From Protoeuglena noctilucae (Eukaryota), in NCBI GenBank assembly GCA_958009085.1, contig OY253674.1:62001-126000 (forward strand): 64,000 nt of DNA, read 5' to 3'. Shown piece by piece: positions 12,310-26,000 of the stretch (the first letter of the stretch is position 1; every line of letters begins with the position of its first letter). Made by a program: the position numbers and the translations under genes. The notes under the pieces were generated by a model that saw nothing but the letters and a program-made list of their open reading frames with translations, was not told where the DNA came from and did no database searches.

Positions 12310-15300
12310 TCAATCGTCCGCGCCCCCCAGCGCCATGGCCCGCGCGTCGAGGGTGGCGACGTGCAGGCGGTTGGCGCGGCGGTTGGACCCGAAGCTGCTT
12401 CGGTTGGACAGTCGGCCGATGCGTGACCCAAACTGCATGGCCCGCTTGACCCGCCCCGCCGCCCGGGGCAGTCCCTGCGCAGGAAATGCGCGGTCCTGCC
12501 TCTTTTCGCCACATCTGGGACGCAGCCCGCCGCACAGCCAGCGCCCAGTGCGCCCGCCCCAGCCTCACCAGTACGCGAAGGCAGTCACGCAGCACGCGCT
12601 TGTCCCCTGTCCCCGGTGGCTGCGGTTACAGAGAATGAGAGAGATACGTTTGACCAGATCACACCTCCCATGTTCCCATGCATGCCGCACAAGGTCATGC
12701 CCTCACACCTCTGTCAAGTCTGCTAGAAGACTGCATGGGGTGTCCAGCACCGCTCGAAGCACCGACTCATGCAGGAATGGGTGCCGCGCCTCCCGGGCCG
12801 CGTCAGACACCACCCTGCGATGCGGGGATGTTGTTACAAGCGATGGGCAGCCACTGACACACCGATGCAAGGGGCGATGCGCTCAAGTGCTTCTCTAAAT
12901 CCTCGCCTGTCGTCTCGCCCCAGGTTCCGCACCCACAACCGCCGCATGTCCATGGCCAGCTCCTCCTCGAGCCCCTCTGCGCCCCCCGTGGCGAACCTGG
13001 TGCGGTGGCGGCTATACCCCGCAAAGAGCTCGTCTGCCCCGTGGCCCTGGGACGGTGAAGGATTCGGGGCAGACATTGCTGGGTGGGCGTGTGGGTGCGG
13101 TGGAATAAACGTGTGGCATGGCAGCCACGTGTTGTTGTGGGGTGTGTTGCATGTACGCATGTAAGGAGACGCACCAGGAGGACGACGCGTGCTGCAGAGG
13201 TCACGAGGGGAGAGGAGGGGTCCGCGGGATAGGAGGGGCCGGGTGGCTCGGGTCGGACGCGGCGGCGGCGGCGAGGGGCGGTCGCCTGTCGCTGGGCGTG
13301 GCCGTCCGTGGCTGGTGGCGCGGTCATCCCTTGCTGACTTGGACTGTCATCCGTGGCTGGCGATGTGCAGGTATGAGTTTCGCTTTCGTGCTTTGGAGCA
13401 GTTCCGACCAGGAGTCTCCCCCTGGCCATGGTCGCCAGCCACAGCACGGTTCCGAGGTTAAGGTCCATGACGGCGCCCGAGGGGTGCATGAGGGCCAAGA
13501 GACGGTCGCGCAGGCGATGCACATCCGGCATGTCCGCGTCCACGGCGATGAGGCGGAAGACGCGGCCGGGACACGCCGACCTGAGGAGAGACCGTCCGGC
13601 TTGTGGGGTGCGTCGTATCGAGTGAAGCAAGGGAGGGCACGTGTGCAGTAACATCCTCTCCTCCCCTCTCCTATCCTCTCATCTGAACTCACCAAACCCC
13701 AACTCTCCTCTCCTTGGCCCTCACCTCAGCTCATCGAGGGCGTCGACAGCGGCAATGCGGTCTGGGGACCGACCGTGGTCAAAGCACACCGAGCAGAGAT
13801 CGATGGGGGCTGAGGGGGGAAGGCAGCGGTGGGCGAGGGCGGCTAAGAGGGTCGAGTCGACGCCACCGCTGAGAAGCACCATCACGGGGGCTGCGGAGAC
13901 GGGGTCAGTGGGGTAGATCGCATGTGCACATGGGTGTGACCTTACTTGTGAGGGGACGGCTAGGTGCGCAGGGAAGGCAGGCGCTGCCTTACCAGGGGGA
14001 GAGAGCAACTCGGCGGGAGGGCCTGTGGGTGGCACGTCTGGCGGGCGCGGGTACAACCGTGTGGGCTGCGGGTGGTCATGGTGGGGATCGCATCAAAGCC
14101 CTGCTGAGCCCACTGCGTGCTCCCATGGCTGCGCTATGATCTGCTGCAACCCGTACCTGAAGGGCTGTGCACATGACCCGCACCGCCTCTTGCAGCGCAG
14201 TCAGCATGCGCCCCACCACCGCCAGACGCGCTTCCCCTGAAGAGCCGTCCGCGGTCAACGGACGCCGGCGCCACGCCAGGACGTCGCTGGACAGACCGTC
14301 CCGAAAGTCCCACCGCCGCAGCACCACGCGCTGTGCCCCGCCCTCGCAAACACCGACGACGGCGCCGGCATGTATGCGTGCGCCATCGCCAAGCCCGGCA
14401 GCATCGTGCGTGTCTCCCCGTGCCTCCTCGCCATCCCCGCTGCTGCCTGGTTCGACCCGCAGCGACCAGATTCCCGGTGGGACCTCCACCACAGGCACAT
14501 GCCTTTGGGTCGCGTCAGCTTCAGGATGGGTCGACGCCACCGATGCGAACTCCACCTCCCCCGGCCGCCCCGCCGCCAGCAGGCTTCGCCGGCCGAGTGC
14601 GTCCCTCGCAATCCACAGCGTCCGCGACGCCGCGTCCAAAAACGCTGCGGACCACGGTCCCTGCAGGGCCGACAACACGGCCACCACGCCTGCGCCGCCC
14701 GACGCGGCCGCAGCTGCCCTGCGCAGGTGCGGCGGCGACCCATCAACGCTGCGATACGCTGCGGCACGCGCTCTATCCTTGCAGCCATCTGTATGTGCTT
14801 TGTGTCATGTTTCGTGTGTCTGCATGGCACGGTCGCCCCTTGCCTGAGTGCAGCGAAGAGCACCTCCGCATCGCATGTACCATCGGGCATGTCCAAGCCC
14901 CCGAAGATCTCCCCGTTGAAAGCCAACGCCGAGCCGTCTTCGCTGGTCGAAGGGACAACACCGTCCGCACGGCCACTGTGTTTGCAGAAGGCGGGGCGAC
15001 GCGTGTGCGTGGGGTTGCAACAATGAGCTGCGAGCGGTGACTCGAATCGTCGCTGCCCCTCCGCACCGCAGTTGAAGCAGGGATGCGCTGAGAGAGACGC
15101 GCACGCTGCTGCCCAGGAGTGCCTGGCACGTCCCTGTCGCATCCGGGCCACGTCGGCCCATCCAGTCCGCCGCGCACAGCAGGCCGGAGTCGGGAGATGG
15201 GGAGGTTGTCGGCGGCGCATTGTCCTCCGCGGCTTCGACTTCCGAGTTCCTGCGGCATTCATGGGCCAACGCAGGTCCTGCCGAGGCTCGTGCACAGCCA

Positions 15301-15432
15301 GGCCCAGTTCATGGGAACCCGCGATGCGCACCGGTCGTCCGCTGCGCCTCGGAAGCCATGCGCCAGCAAGGTACTCAAAAGCACGTCCGGCGCCCACGAC
15401 GCGCCCGTCAGGACGGCGCGGATGCCGCACAT
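12310..15432 (-). CDS. ASNSD1: Asparagine synthetase domain-containing protein 1, spliced
   Basis: N-terminal MCGI, then [88 protein letters not shown] and [10 protein letters not shown]. Confidence 0.92.
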
Positions 15433-15789
15433 CGCTCGGGGGCGGGCGCCCCTGCCCGCCCGCGGGCCCCGCGAGGCAAGCGGCACCCGCTCGCTGCAGG
15501 GCAGCGATAGTCGAGCGACAGATGTGACTCCGCAATGAACAGGACGCGAAGACGGCGAAACTTGCTGCTGGCACGCCGCCGCTTGCAAGGTCTCTGCGCA
15601 TTTTATGCGTCTCCTGGGCCCACTCATCAGCACACAGAGGCATCTTGACTGCCTCATCGCATGCCGATTGCGCACTGGGTTGTAAAACGACGGCAGCGAT
15701 TGCGCAGGCTGATCAGAACGGAGCTGGCTCAACCCGGCGTCTTGCTTCTTGCCCGGAGACTGTGCAATCCCTTGGCGGTCTCCGTGCCC

Positions 15790-16702
15790 ATGTCCAACCT
15801 CCTGAGGAGCCTCCGTTCGCTGTACGGGCTGGCATCGAGCTCCAGCGGGGGCGGGGGAGTTCCCAGCCGTGCGACGTGGGTCCATGCCGCGGCTCCGTGG
15901 GCCTGGGGGAGCGCCGCACGCTTCACGTCAACGGCTGTTTCTCCCGGGACGTCCTTCACGCGGTCCTGGCCGCCGGCGGGCGTCGAGCCGTCGCCCTTCT
16001 TCAAGCCATCCAAGGTGCTTGGCGTTTCCGATGCCTGTCGCGGCCCGCGGCGCCGGCTGGGTTCCGCTCCGCGACAGATAAAGAATTCGTCGTTTCCTCT
16101 CGGGTCCAGGCGCCCCCGCTGACGTGGACGGACCTCGAAGTGCACCACCCCCCCGACCCCGCCTCGATCAAGGCCTACGGGACGGACCGAGCGCGCGTGC
16201 TGGTGCGAAGCCATGCGGCGCGTTAGATGTCAAGCTCTGTGCGTTGTTTTGCACAGATCGACCCTTCAATGAGCTTTGCCTTTTCGACTGCAGGCGGACC
16301 AGCGCGCGGTGAGGGAGGGCCGCCGGCCTCCCCGGTCGTCGTGGCTGCTGGCGCGGATTCAGGAGTCGGGGACGGTGGGAGTGAGCACCGCGGAGCTGTG
16401 CGCGCTGGCCGAGGAACACGTCCCGGGGCTGTTTCGGTCCAAAACGCAGCTGCGCGAGATCGTCGAGCTGCTCCGCAAGCAGCGCAAGGTCATGCTGCCC
16501 GGGGGGAGGTACATATGCCGCAGTCTGTATTTGGTGGAGAAGGAGAGGAGGCGGAAGGAGTTCCTGGCATCCCGCGAGAGGCGAGTTGGCGCGTGGGGCC
16601 TTGTAGGGAGGGCCGCCGCGATGTTAGCGCGGCTTGGCGAACGCGATCCTCTTTGTACGCAGGACGGTGGATACGAGGGGACCCAAAAGCCGCCGCTTTT
16701 GA
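15790..16702 (+). CDS. Probable mitochondrial protein with a winged-helix-like domain, resembling mitoribosomal mL80; 4 exons
   Basis: Presequence-like MSNLLRSLRSLYGL. Core LLARIQESGTVGVSTAELCALAEEHVPGLFRSKTQLREIVELLRKQRKV follows my recollection of the plant mL80 pattern (GLxSKxxMKxILxxMRExxKL); not database-verified. Confidence 0.5.
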
Positions 16703-17015
16703 CTGACACGGTTGTGTCGCTGGCACCCTCAACGGCTTGCTTTGCCTCCCTGGTTGAAGCCTTTTGAGGATATTTCGCGCCCACATGCGTTGCGATGCGT
16801 CCAGAGCTGCACCCAAATCGTGCATTCGTCGACCACCGTGTGAATATCAGACCGAAAGCGCGATGGCATGAAAGTAACTGCGTTTCTGGGCCGGCTGAAC
16901 TTTTTGGCGGCCGATCGTCATATCAGCGCGTGCAATCAGCGATACAAGTAATGCAGCGGTGAACGGCTCACACTGCGCCAGCCTCTCCGCGGAGCTTTGA
17001 GGCTGCGAGTGTGCC

Positions 17016-20000
17016 ATGGGGGATTCTCTCCGAGAAATGGGGGTGAGTTAAGCAGCGGTGCTGGACAGGACCGCGGTGGTGCGCGATGAGCCATTCGGGG
17101 CTGCAGGGGGGCGGCAAGGCGACCTATCGACTGCTGGGTGTGAGTGCAGGGCGACTCTAACGAGTTCGACGTCCAAGAGCTCCATGCTCATGATGGCGGC
17201 TTTCAAAATTCTCTCGAAGGAATCCCTCCTCAAGGTGTGGCGGCGCCCCCGCTTGCCGCGCGCGCCCACCGCAGCAACAGAGTGTGTCGTAGAAAGAAAC
17301 AGGCGCCCTGAAGGCTCTCGACCGAAATTTCCGCCTCAGGATGGCAGAAGTACGTACAAAAATATGCACGGGAGGGCACACGCGAGCGCATCCTCGCGGA
17401 TATCGTGCACGTGAGCTCGGTTGACTGCGTGCACTTTCTTGTCGCCTGCTGGCTACCAACCGCGCGCAAAAACCGTGCATCTCTTCATATTTGCGCAGAA
17501 AGGCTCACATATCGTCCCCATCGCCCTGAAAATGAACAATGTGCCGTGCGGCCTCTTCCTTGGAGAAAAAGGGCGGATGCAGCACCTTCGGAGAGACCAG
17601 CGCGTTAAAGCCGCCTGCTACCTGTGCTGCTGCGACGGGTGCATGGGCAAGGACCTCAGCGACATCAGGGCGCTCTGCAACGTCAATCCGTGCGGGCAGG
17701 ACTGCAGCACGAGGTGGACCGTCAGCTGCCGCATCGACTGCGTCGATGACGCCGGAGGCTGCGTCGTCAGGCTTGCCGGCGCCGTGGCATTGCCGTCAAA
17801 CCCTGTGGGCGAACTATTGGTAACCGGCAGGGTGGTCGACTTCAAGACCATGGCAGCCCACTGGGGGCTTGACGCGAGGAAGAGCCAAGGCGAGACGTTT
17901 GTTGACACGGACGGAGCATTCCTGAGCATGTGGCTGTCTTCTAAGGATAAGCAGGCAGGGGCGGCGACTTCAGGGGCTGTCTCTGGGGGCTGCGACCCAA
18001 AGACGAAGCTGGCGTCCCACGACAATGCCAAGCTATTTCTTGCGACCCTCGAGAAGCCAGATGACTTGCAAGGGACACCGGCGCCGCCAGGGCACAGCGG
18101 GCAGACGGGGCAGGAGCTGGGAGGATTGGGTATTTGTGCCGGGGACGGTGGTGCTGGCGGGGCTGCTATTGCGCCGTCGGGGGCCTTGCCAGGTCCGACC
18201 ATGGGAGCTGTGCCCGCATTCAACTTTGGGCCACTGCCGGTACCTGCGTCAGTGGGGCCTGGGCCACACGGCAACGCCCCTGCTGCGGAGATGGTGTCTG
18301 CGCATGCTGCCAGGCACTTATCAGTGGCCTCAGCAGCGGGACCCGCGCCAGCGCCGCAAGAGCCGGCACCGTCCATGCCACACACCCCGGGCGCAGCAGT
18401 CGCCGACGCAGTACAGGGAGAGCCGGCTGCTGACTTGCACTATGGGAACAATCCTGTTCGAATTCTCCAGGTAACAGGTGGCTGCAACCCCGAAGGCGCT
18501 CCTCCCGCCTCGCCCTGTGTGTGTCTTTCTGTTGTGTGTGCGGCATCACAAGTCAGAAAGCCTTGCCCACGCAGCAACCGAGGCGGAGGCCCCACGGGGA
18601 GCTGGCTCACATCTGGGTTTTGTGCTGCAACGCGAAAGGGGAATTCCCATCGCAACTCACGAAGGTGGACTACGCGACGTTCAAAGACGTCCTCCAGTGT
18701 CAGGTGCGGTGCTGTCAGGGCGAGGGTCGTGACGCAGCCACAGCCTGCGACCGTGCGCGTTCCGAATGCGAGGTTTATGGCGCAGCAATAGCCTGCGACC
18801 GTCTACGAGGCACTGCCCGCAGTTCGGTCCGGGCCCGCTGGCACCCCCGGCGATACGTAACAGCTACAAGCTCTTCCGATCCTGGAGCAAAGATTATTAC
18901 GGGAAAAACATCTATTGCGACCTCTTTCAGGTGAAAAGCGTGAACCTCTGCGGCACGCCTGGTTTCAGCACATTTAGATGTTTCGTCATCCATCCATGCC
19001 CGCCGGTCTAATCCGTCTCGCAGGCGGCGACGTGGGGTGACATCCAGGGTGTCAATGGGCAGGGTTCAGGCATGACATGGCAGTCGTGCTTTGGTATTGA
19101 GGGTAACGTGCGGGACGCTTTGGTGGACCTCATTCAGCTAGTGAACCTGGAGGACGGCTTCCTTGATAGGCTGGGAGAGGCCACGGATTTGGAAGATGAG
19201 AAGCTTCAGGCAAGAGTCGGTGGCGATGTTGGGGTGCAGACCAGAGGCAGCCATGACAAAGCCTGCTCATGAGGCGTGCGCGGGGCACCTCGGCACAGCA
19301 TGGCAAGTGAGCAAGGGTCGCGCAATCTGCATGCAGAGGCTGGCGCGTGAGGTCCTCTACAGAGACGCCCTGTTGATGCTCTGCAAGGTGGACCTGAAGA
19401 GCGTGGCTGTCAAGCACCGGACGCACCTCTTGGCCAGACTCCCCTGTGACGCCCCCAACGCCATGAGCGGGCCCCTGCTCGAGGTCAGCGACTCTGGTCC
19501 TGGCAATGTGGGGCTGGGTTTGGAGCGCGGAAGTGAGTGGGCGTCCGGCCCTGCAAATCTGTGCGCCAGTGGAGGGGGTGGGGCGGGGCCCAGCCACGGC
19601 AAGCGCGCGCGAGATGACGGTCCGGGTTCGGATAACGACGCAGCGGGTTTCCACCCGTCAATGAAGAGGGCCCACGCAGACGTGCAGACGTCACTGCCAT
19701 CTCAGGGCCAGTACCTCCGAGAGACGGTGCAGCCCAAGGCAATGGAGTGGGCTCAAAAGCATGTCATCTATCCTCCACGTCCGTTCGGGGAGGCGGTTGA
19801 GGGGGAAAGGGGTGGGGAGGAGGGTGCAGCAGGATCCAGCTTGGTCGCATTGGAGGCTGGTGTCGGTCTGGGTGACTGGCTGGCCCAGCAGTCTCCTCCG
19901 GGGGGCCTGGTGCAGGTCTTTGCGAAAGCCCCGGGTCAGGATGACGCTGGGAATGACGAGCCCCCGCTGCTGTGGTGGCCCCAGCTGCGCCCCGCTGCTT

Positions 20001-23000
20001 TTGTGCAGCATGCGCTGGCCGCGAGCCTGGCCTGGGCGCTGGAGAAGGAAGGGCGGCTGCTGGCGTGCAGCTTGGAGGGTGCGGGGGTGACGAGGGCGCC
20101 GGACGGCCTGGCGGAGCTGAGAGAGGTCGTGTTACGTGGGGCGAACGGTGCGGTGCTGGAGAGAGAGGCTATGGAGGCGGTGCTTTGCGTGGCGAGTCAG
20201 CTGGCGTGCCGGGATGCGGAGGCTCAGAGGGCGGTGGTGGCGGCACTGGGCGCGGGGGGATGGGTGGGGTGGCAGCACGCGGCACAGAGGCTCGTGGTGG
20301 AACCGCTGCGGGCTTTGGCTCAGGGGGAACTCGGGCAGGAGCAGGGTCCTGAGCATGTGGGCCAGCGAGTTGGTGAGTGGGGCACGGGACAGAGCAAGGG
20401 TGGTAATGGGGCCCGGTCCTGCTATTGGGTCGTGTTATCGGACGTCGCCCTGGCACTTGAGGTGTGCCGGGGCCTGGGCGCGGGGTCCTCCGTGCGCATT
20501 CTGGCGGTGGTTGCGTCAAAATCGGACGCCCTTCGCCGCGCCACGGTCCCGCTCTGCACCCTGGGGCCCGTCCCTTTGGCAGAGGGCGACCTGCTGCGTG
20601 CCGCTCGGTGCATTGTGCCGTCTCTGTCCACCGTGGCGGCTCTGGCTGCGAAGGGCGCCGGGGATGGGGACAGCGAGTTATGGGAGGAGGAAGAGGAGGT
20701 GAAGAAGGGTAGCGACGGAGCGTCCCGGGATGAGACGGAGGGGCTGGAAAGCGAGGGGGAGGAAAGGAAGGCAATGAGGGGTTTACTCGAAAGGGTTTTG
20801 CCTGAAATTCCGATGAGCCAGCCGAGATGGTGGAGAGATACGAGTGGACCTAGGGGGAGCAAGGGCCCGTTCATCAAGGTCGGAGCACATGAGGGAGGGA
20901 AGGAGGGTGACAGCGAGGATGCACAGAGGGAGCAGGCGACGGAGTATAGGCGACAGGAGGAGGGCCTGGCCCGTGCCATTCATTCAAGGAACGTCGCGAG
21001 GGATTTGCTCTACCCCCTGGTGCTGTCTCAGGTGCAGATGGGGCAGTACAATTGCAGTTGCTGCATGGGGCGGTTAGGGTGACAAGTGATGATGCACAGC
21101 AACCCGCACTCCTGCATTGCTCCCACAGCTGACGAACGGGTGCATCCTCCCACGGATTCCGGCCTTCGACGAAAGGCCCATCCACAAGCTGCCCGGGACG
21201 ATTACGCAGCTGCAAGGTACCAATCCACGCCGCTGCTCTTGTTCATCATGAACATGCACTCCCCAGCGCCGCCATGATGTGCAATCCACCAGCTACACCC
21301 CTGCGCTGCATGCCCGCAGATCTCTACTTGGCCGACTACCTCCACCGCCAACACACCCTGGCCCAGGCCCGGGCCAACAAGCAGAACCGGCTCGAAGCCC
21401 GAAGTCAGCGCAATTTGTGGACGCTGCGCAAGGAACCGAGTACTTGGGAGAATACTCCAGTGCGGCTGAGGCTCCCTTCCAAGAATGAGGTCTCCTTTGG
21501 GCCGCTGCGCATGCAGCTCCGCCAACACGCACGTGTGGAGGAGCTGCTACAAGGTCACCCGGGAGGGAAAGCGACGGCGCCACGTCGGCTTACGAGGTAT
21601 CTGCCCCGGGTGGCGCATTTGGCGTCCTGCTTGTGCTACTGGAGCGAGCGTGCCAAGGTGAGCTGGCGGCAGTGGGGCGAGGGCAATGGGGCTGCAGGGG
21701 CGCGCGGTTACTGAGCTTTCCTTGAGTTGTGGTCTCGCATTACTACATACACCACCGCCCTGTCCTGCGTGCAGGTGCAGAGGGAGGGCTGCGTGGCATG
21801 CGCCACCCTGGGTCTGGCATGTGTGGAGGTGCTGATGGAGTGCATTTCATCCGGCGAGGCAGCTAGGGCACGCGAGGCCGCTGCGGCGAGGGAAGCAGTC
21901 AAGGATATGATCTTGTTCATGGAGGAGGCGGTCGTCCTCGTGGCTGCGAGGGCCTTGCTGCCCCAATTCGCACGCCTCGCCTTTGCCCTCTCCGTCGATA
22001 ACGCGGCAAGGGAGCTTTCGCTGACGAAGCCCTTTTACCACATTATGGGCAGCGTTGAGGCACTCGCAATCACGAGCCGGATAGCAGCCCATTTACGCCT
22101 AGCGGAGGCTCAGTTTGCCATGGACGAGCTCCGGGTTGGGCCTAGGGAAGAGGCCATGGTTCGGAGAGCTCGGGAGTTGAGAGAGGCCGGGGCGATTGCA
22201 GGGTGGGGGGAGGTATCTGAGGCGGCCCTCGCCGCCCTGGGGTGGGGGCGGACGGGTGAAGGGCAGAGCAGCGCAGGGCGGAAGGCAAGCGGGCCAAGAG
22301 GGTCGGGGGCGAGCAACCAGGGGCTGGAAGCAAGCAGCCAGGGGGCGGTAGCGGTGCGGGAGGCGAGCGGGGTTGTCAAAGTGAGGGATGGGAGACCTGT
22401 GGAGGAGCGGACGCTGTCGGAGGTGATCAAGGCGGTCCCAGTGACTGTGGAGAACCTGCCCAGGGCTCTGCGTGCGCTGTGGGATGCGGCTGCCGGTGGG
22501 TGCGAGGAGGCGTTGCAGTGGCGTGCGTTTGCAAGTCAGGCCATTGCGAGCCTGAGGAAGTCGAAGCGAGTAGAGAAGCTGGTGCGTCTTAAGGATGACC
22601 TGAGCACCCAGCTGGCGCCTTGGCTGGTGGGGGAGGACGGCTCGGTGCGTGCGGAGCGTCTGTATGTGCTGGCCAAGCTGGCGGAGGCGAGTGCCAAGGG
22701 CGTGGATATCGACGACGTGACGCTCGAGATGTGCATGGGGGTCGCACACGAGGCGAAAAAGCAGGCAGTTAAGGATGGGAAGCAAGGCAAGGGCGACGGA
22801 GGTATCGTGCGTGAAGGGGACGCGAATGTGGAGTGGGATGTGCGTGCCAAAGGGTTCCTGAGCGACACCTACGAGCGGCTGGCGTTCTTCCGGAAGGGCT
22901 CTCGAGATTGGGTGGTGCAGGAGGTGGACAGGTGGCTGGAGGGGCCCGCAGAGAACGACAGGCGCATGTTCCTGCTCCTGGCACTCCCAGGTGAGGCCGC

Positions 23001-26000
23001 GCTCGGCGTCTGTGAAGGAGAGGTGGCTTCTGGCTGGCACGCGCACCGTCACACGCCCCGTGCCCACACGCCTGCACCTCGACGCGCACCTCAAATACTT
23101 TCTGCCACCCCGTCCGTAGGCATGGGCAAGACGGCCCTCTCGGCGTGCCTGGCCGACCGCATCCATCGCCGCGGTCAGCTGCTTGCCGGGCACTTCTGCG
23201 TTGCCGGCGACGCCAGCCGCACCGACCCCGCATCCATCGTCATGTCCCTTGCCGCCCAGGTGCGGTGCGCGGACGTCCCTGGCCTCTGCGGCCGCATCAA
23301 TGCCGCTCGCCACTCCCTGCAAGGCCACGAGTCCCCCAGCGACCTCTGCCGGCTGCTCCTAGCCGAACCTCTTGCGTCCGTCAGTCCCGATTCCACCGCC
23401 GCCGCCCCGGTGGTGCTGATCATTGACGCGGTGGATGAGGGCGGCGTCGACGCTGCATCCAACGGCGTCCTGGGCCTCCTCGCCGCTGACCTCGTCTGCC
23501 TGCCGCCCCACGTGCGCATCCTGGCCACCTCGCGCCCCGAGCCTTACATCGTGGAGCGGCTGCGGGCGTACGGCCCCCGCACGCTGGAGCCAACGGCAGA
23601 GGACAACCTGCGCGACGTGGAGGGCCACGTGCGGGCGTCGGTGCGCGAGAGTGATTTTGTGGAGGCCGACCGGGAACAGGTGGTGCGGGAGGTGCTGGGG
23701 CGCAGCGAGGGGGTCATCGCGTACGCGGCGGCCGTGATGCGGATGGCGCAGGAGGGGCCGCGGGGGCTCGGGAAGCTGCGCGTGGGGGAGCTGCCGCGGG
23801 GGCACCGGCGGCTGTACGACGCGTACCTTGCAAGGAGCTTCGGGGGCGGGCGGCTGAGCGTTGGCGCTGACGAGGCTCTGCGGGCATCCCTGCTGCCGGC
23901 GCTGGCGGTGGCGAGGGAGCCGATCCACGTGCGCGATTTGCGGTGGCTAATGGGGCCGGGGGTGGAAGAGGAAGACAAGAATGCGGCGATCGGGGCATTG
24001 GGAAGCCTCTTCCCTGTTGACCAGAAGGGACTGGTGCGTCCTTTCCACAAGTGAGTCGCATCCTGGTCGTCGCGCTGGAGGCACTGCACTTCCCCCGCAG
24101 CCCACTTACCCTCCCTTTGCTCGCCTCACCGTCTGCACTTTCGTCACTGCGCAGTGTCCTCACTGCCACCCTCGCCTTCTCTGCAGGTCGGTCGTGGACT
24201 GGCTCCTCTCCGATTCCGACTCCTCGTGGTTCTTTGGAGGTCCCCTAGTGGGCCATGCAGTGCATGCCCGTGCGTGGGTGACTGCGGTGGCAGACGCTGG
24301 CAGCAAGGGCCACGCAAGAGACCTCAGCACCGAGCTAGGGGCCTACTGCGCCCGACACGCTGTGGCGCATGCAGCCGGGGGTGGAGACGGGCTCCTAGGT
24401 GCCAGTGCCGGGGCACTCCAGCAATGGCCGCACTGGGCAGGGCTGGGCAGGCTGGGTTGTTCGCTGACTCTAACCAGGGCCGCCGCGGATGTGGGCGCGC
24501 TCAGCCACCACATCCGATCTGTGCTAAGCGCCCAACAGCTGATGATGGCGGCAAGCGGCGGGGAGCTGGCATCCGCGCTGCGTGGCTGGGCCGAGCGCCT
24601 CCACGACGTGGGAACTTGGCTGGGGCTGTTTGCTCCGGCCATGCGGGACGACCCCTGCGCTGTGCCCGACTGCGCCGCCATGGCCCCGGCAGTGCTGCGG
24701 GAGTGGTGGGCCGAGGACGGCGTCGACCTGACTGCCGGGGTGCGTATGCGGGTCACGCGCCCCATGTCCCGCCTCCCCCTCTCTCGTGTGTTTCCGTCCG
24801 CCGCTCCTTGCCTCGACCTGGCCTTCGACACCCATGGGCACGTCCTGGCGGGTGCCTCTGAGGCTGGAAATGTGCTGTGCTGGGACGCGGCCACCGGAGC
24901 GCCTCTGCCACCCCTACGCGTGTCTGGAGAGCCTCTAGGCAACGCGACGGCGCTGGCGTTCTCTGCTGATGGCACGATGCTGGCCGCAGGGGGCAGCTGC
25001 GGGGCGTGTGCGGTGTGGGACACGGTGTCACGAGCCCAGGTGGCGTGGCTGGTCGGGCACACGGGCCCTGTGACGGGGGTCGCGTTCAGCCCTGATGCGT
25101 GGGAGGGCTGGGCGCGGCTGGTGACCAGCAGCATGGACGGCACGTGCCGGGTGTGGGCGCTGGGGACGTGGGAGTGTGCGCAGGTGCTGAAACGGCAGAG
25201 CCCGGTGCAGTGCGTGGCCGTGAGCATGCCGATGGGGCGGTGGCTGGCTGCGGGGACATCGGCTGGGGAGGTGGCGGTGTGGCCGTGCGCGGAGGCGGTG
25301 GCGGACCGGCCCTTGCATTCGCTAAGAGTCGACCGAGACGCCTCGCCCGTGATGCGGCTGGCTTTTGCTGAACATGGTCGAACCCTGGCAGCGGGGCGCG
25401 CTTCTGGGGCGGTTGATCTTTGGGCAGTCGCCTCCGGCCAGCGCCTGAGCTCTGTGCCTGCGCACGGGGGATCGGTCCGGGGTCTGTGCGCGGCTGGCTC
25501 TCTGCTTGTTGACGTGGGCGATGACGGCAAGGTGGTCGTCGTCACGTGGGACGCGCCAAGGGCCGACGCAGGCCTGGTTGCGGGGCAGCGGGTGATGGCA
25601 CGCAGCACCCTGCTCGGCACGTTACAGCACCCTGCACTGGCGTGCGCGATGCCCTCGGACGGCGCCACGCTGGCTGTGGCGGTGGAGCTTGGCTCTGTGA
25701 GGATGTGGGACGGTCCGGCGCTGGCCGCAGCATGCGATTCGATGGGCCCAGCCGAGCGCGGACCGGACCCTCCCGCCACTGCGCACGTGTATCTGTCCGA
25801 CCACGGCCACGGCCTGCTCGTAGCGAGCCGCGGGGGCCGCGTTCGTGTGCTGCACCCGGTCTCAATGGAAGTGGTGGCGGACCTGGGGGTGCTAGAGCAC
25901 GATCACGTGCACTTGGCAGCGCTAAGCGACGACGGGGGTTCGGTGCTGGTGTGCTGGGAGACGTTCTCGCTGTCGGTGTTCCGGATCGGGAGCGGCAGCA

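Noticed and set aside
15433..15790. ASDURF-like upstream ORF before ASNSD1
   Set aside because: The gap is a short divergent promoter region with no convincing prefoldin-like ORF.
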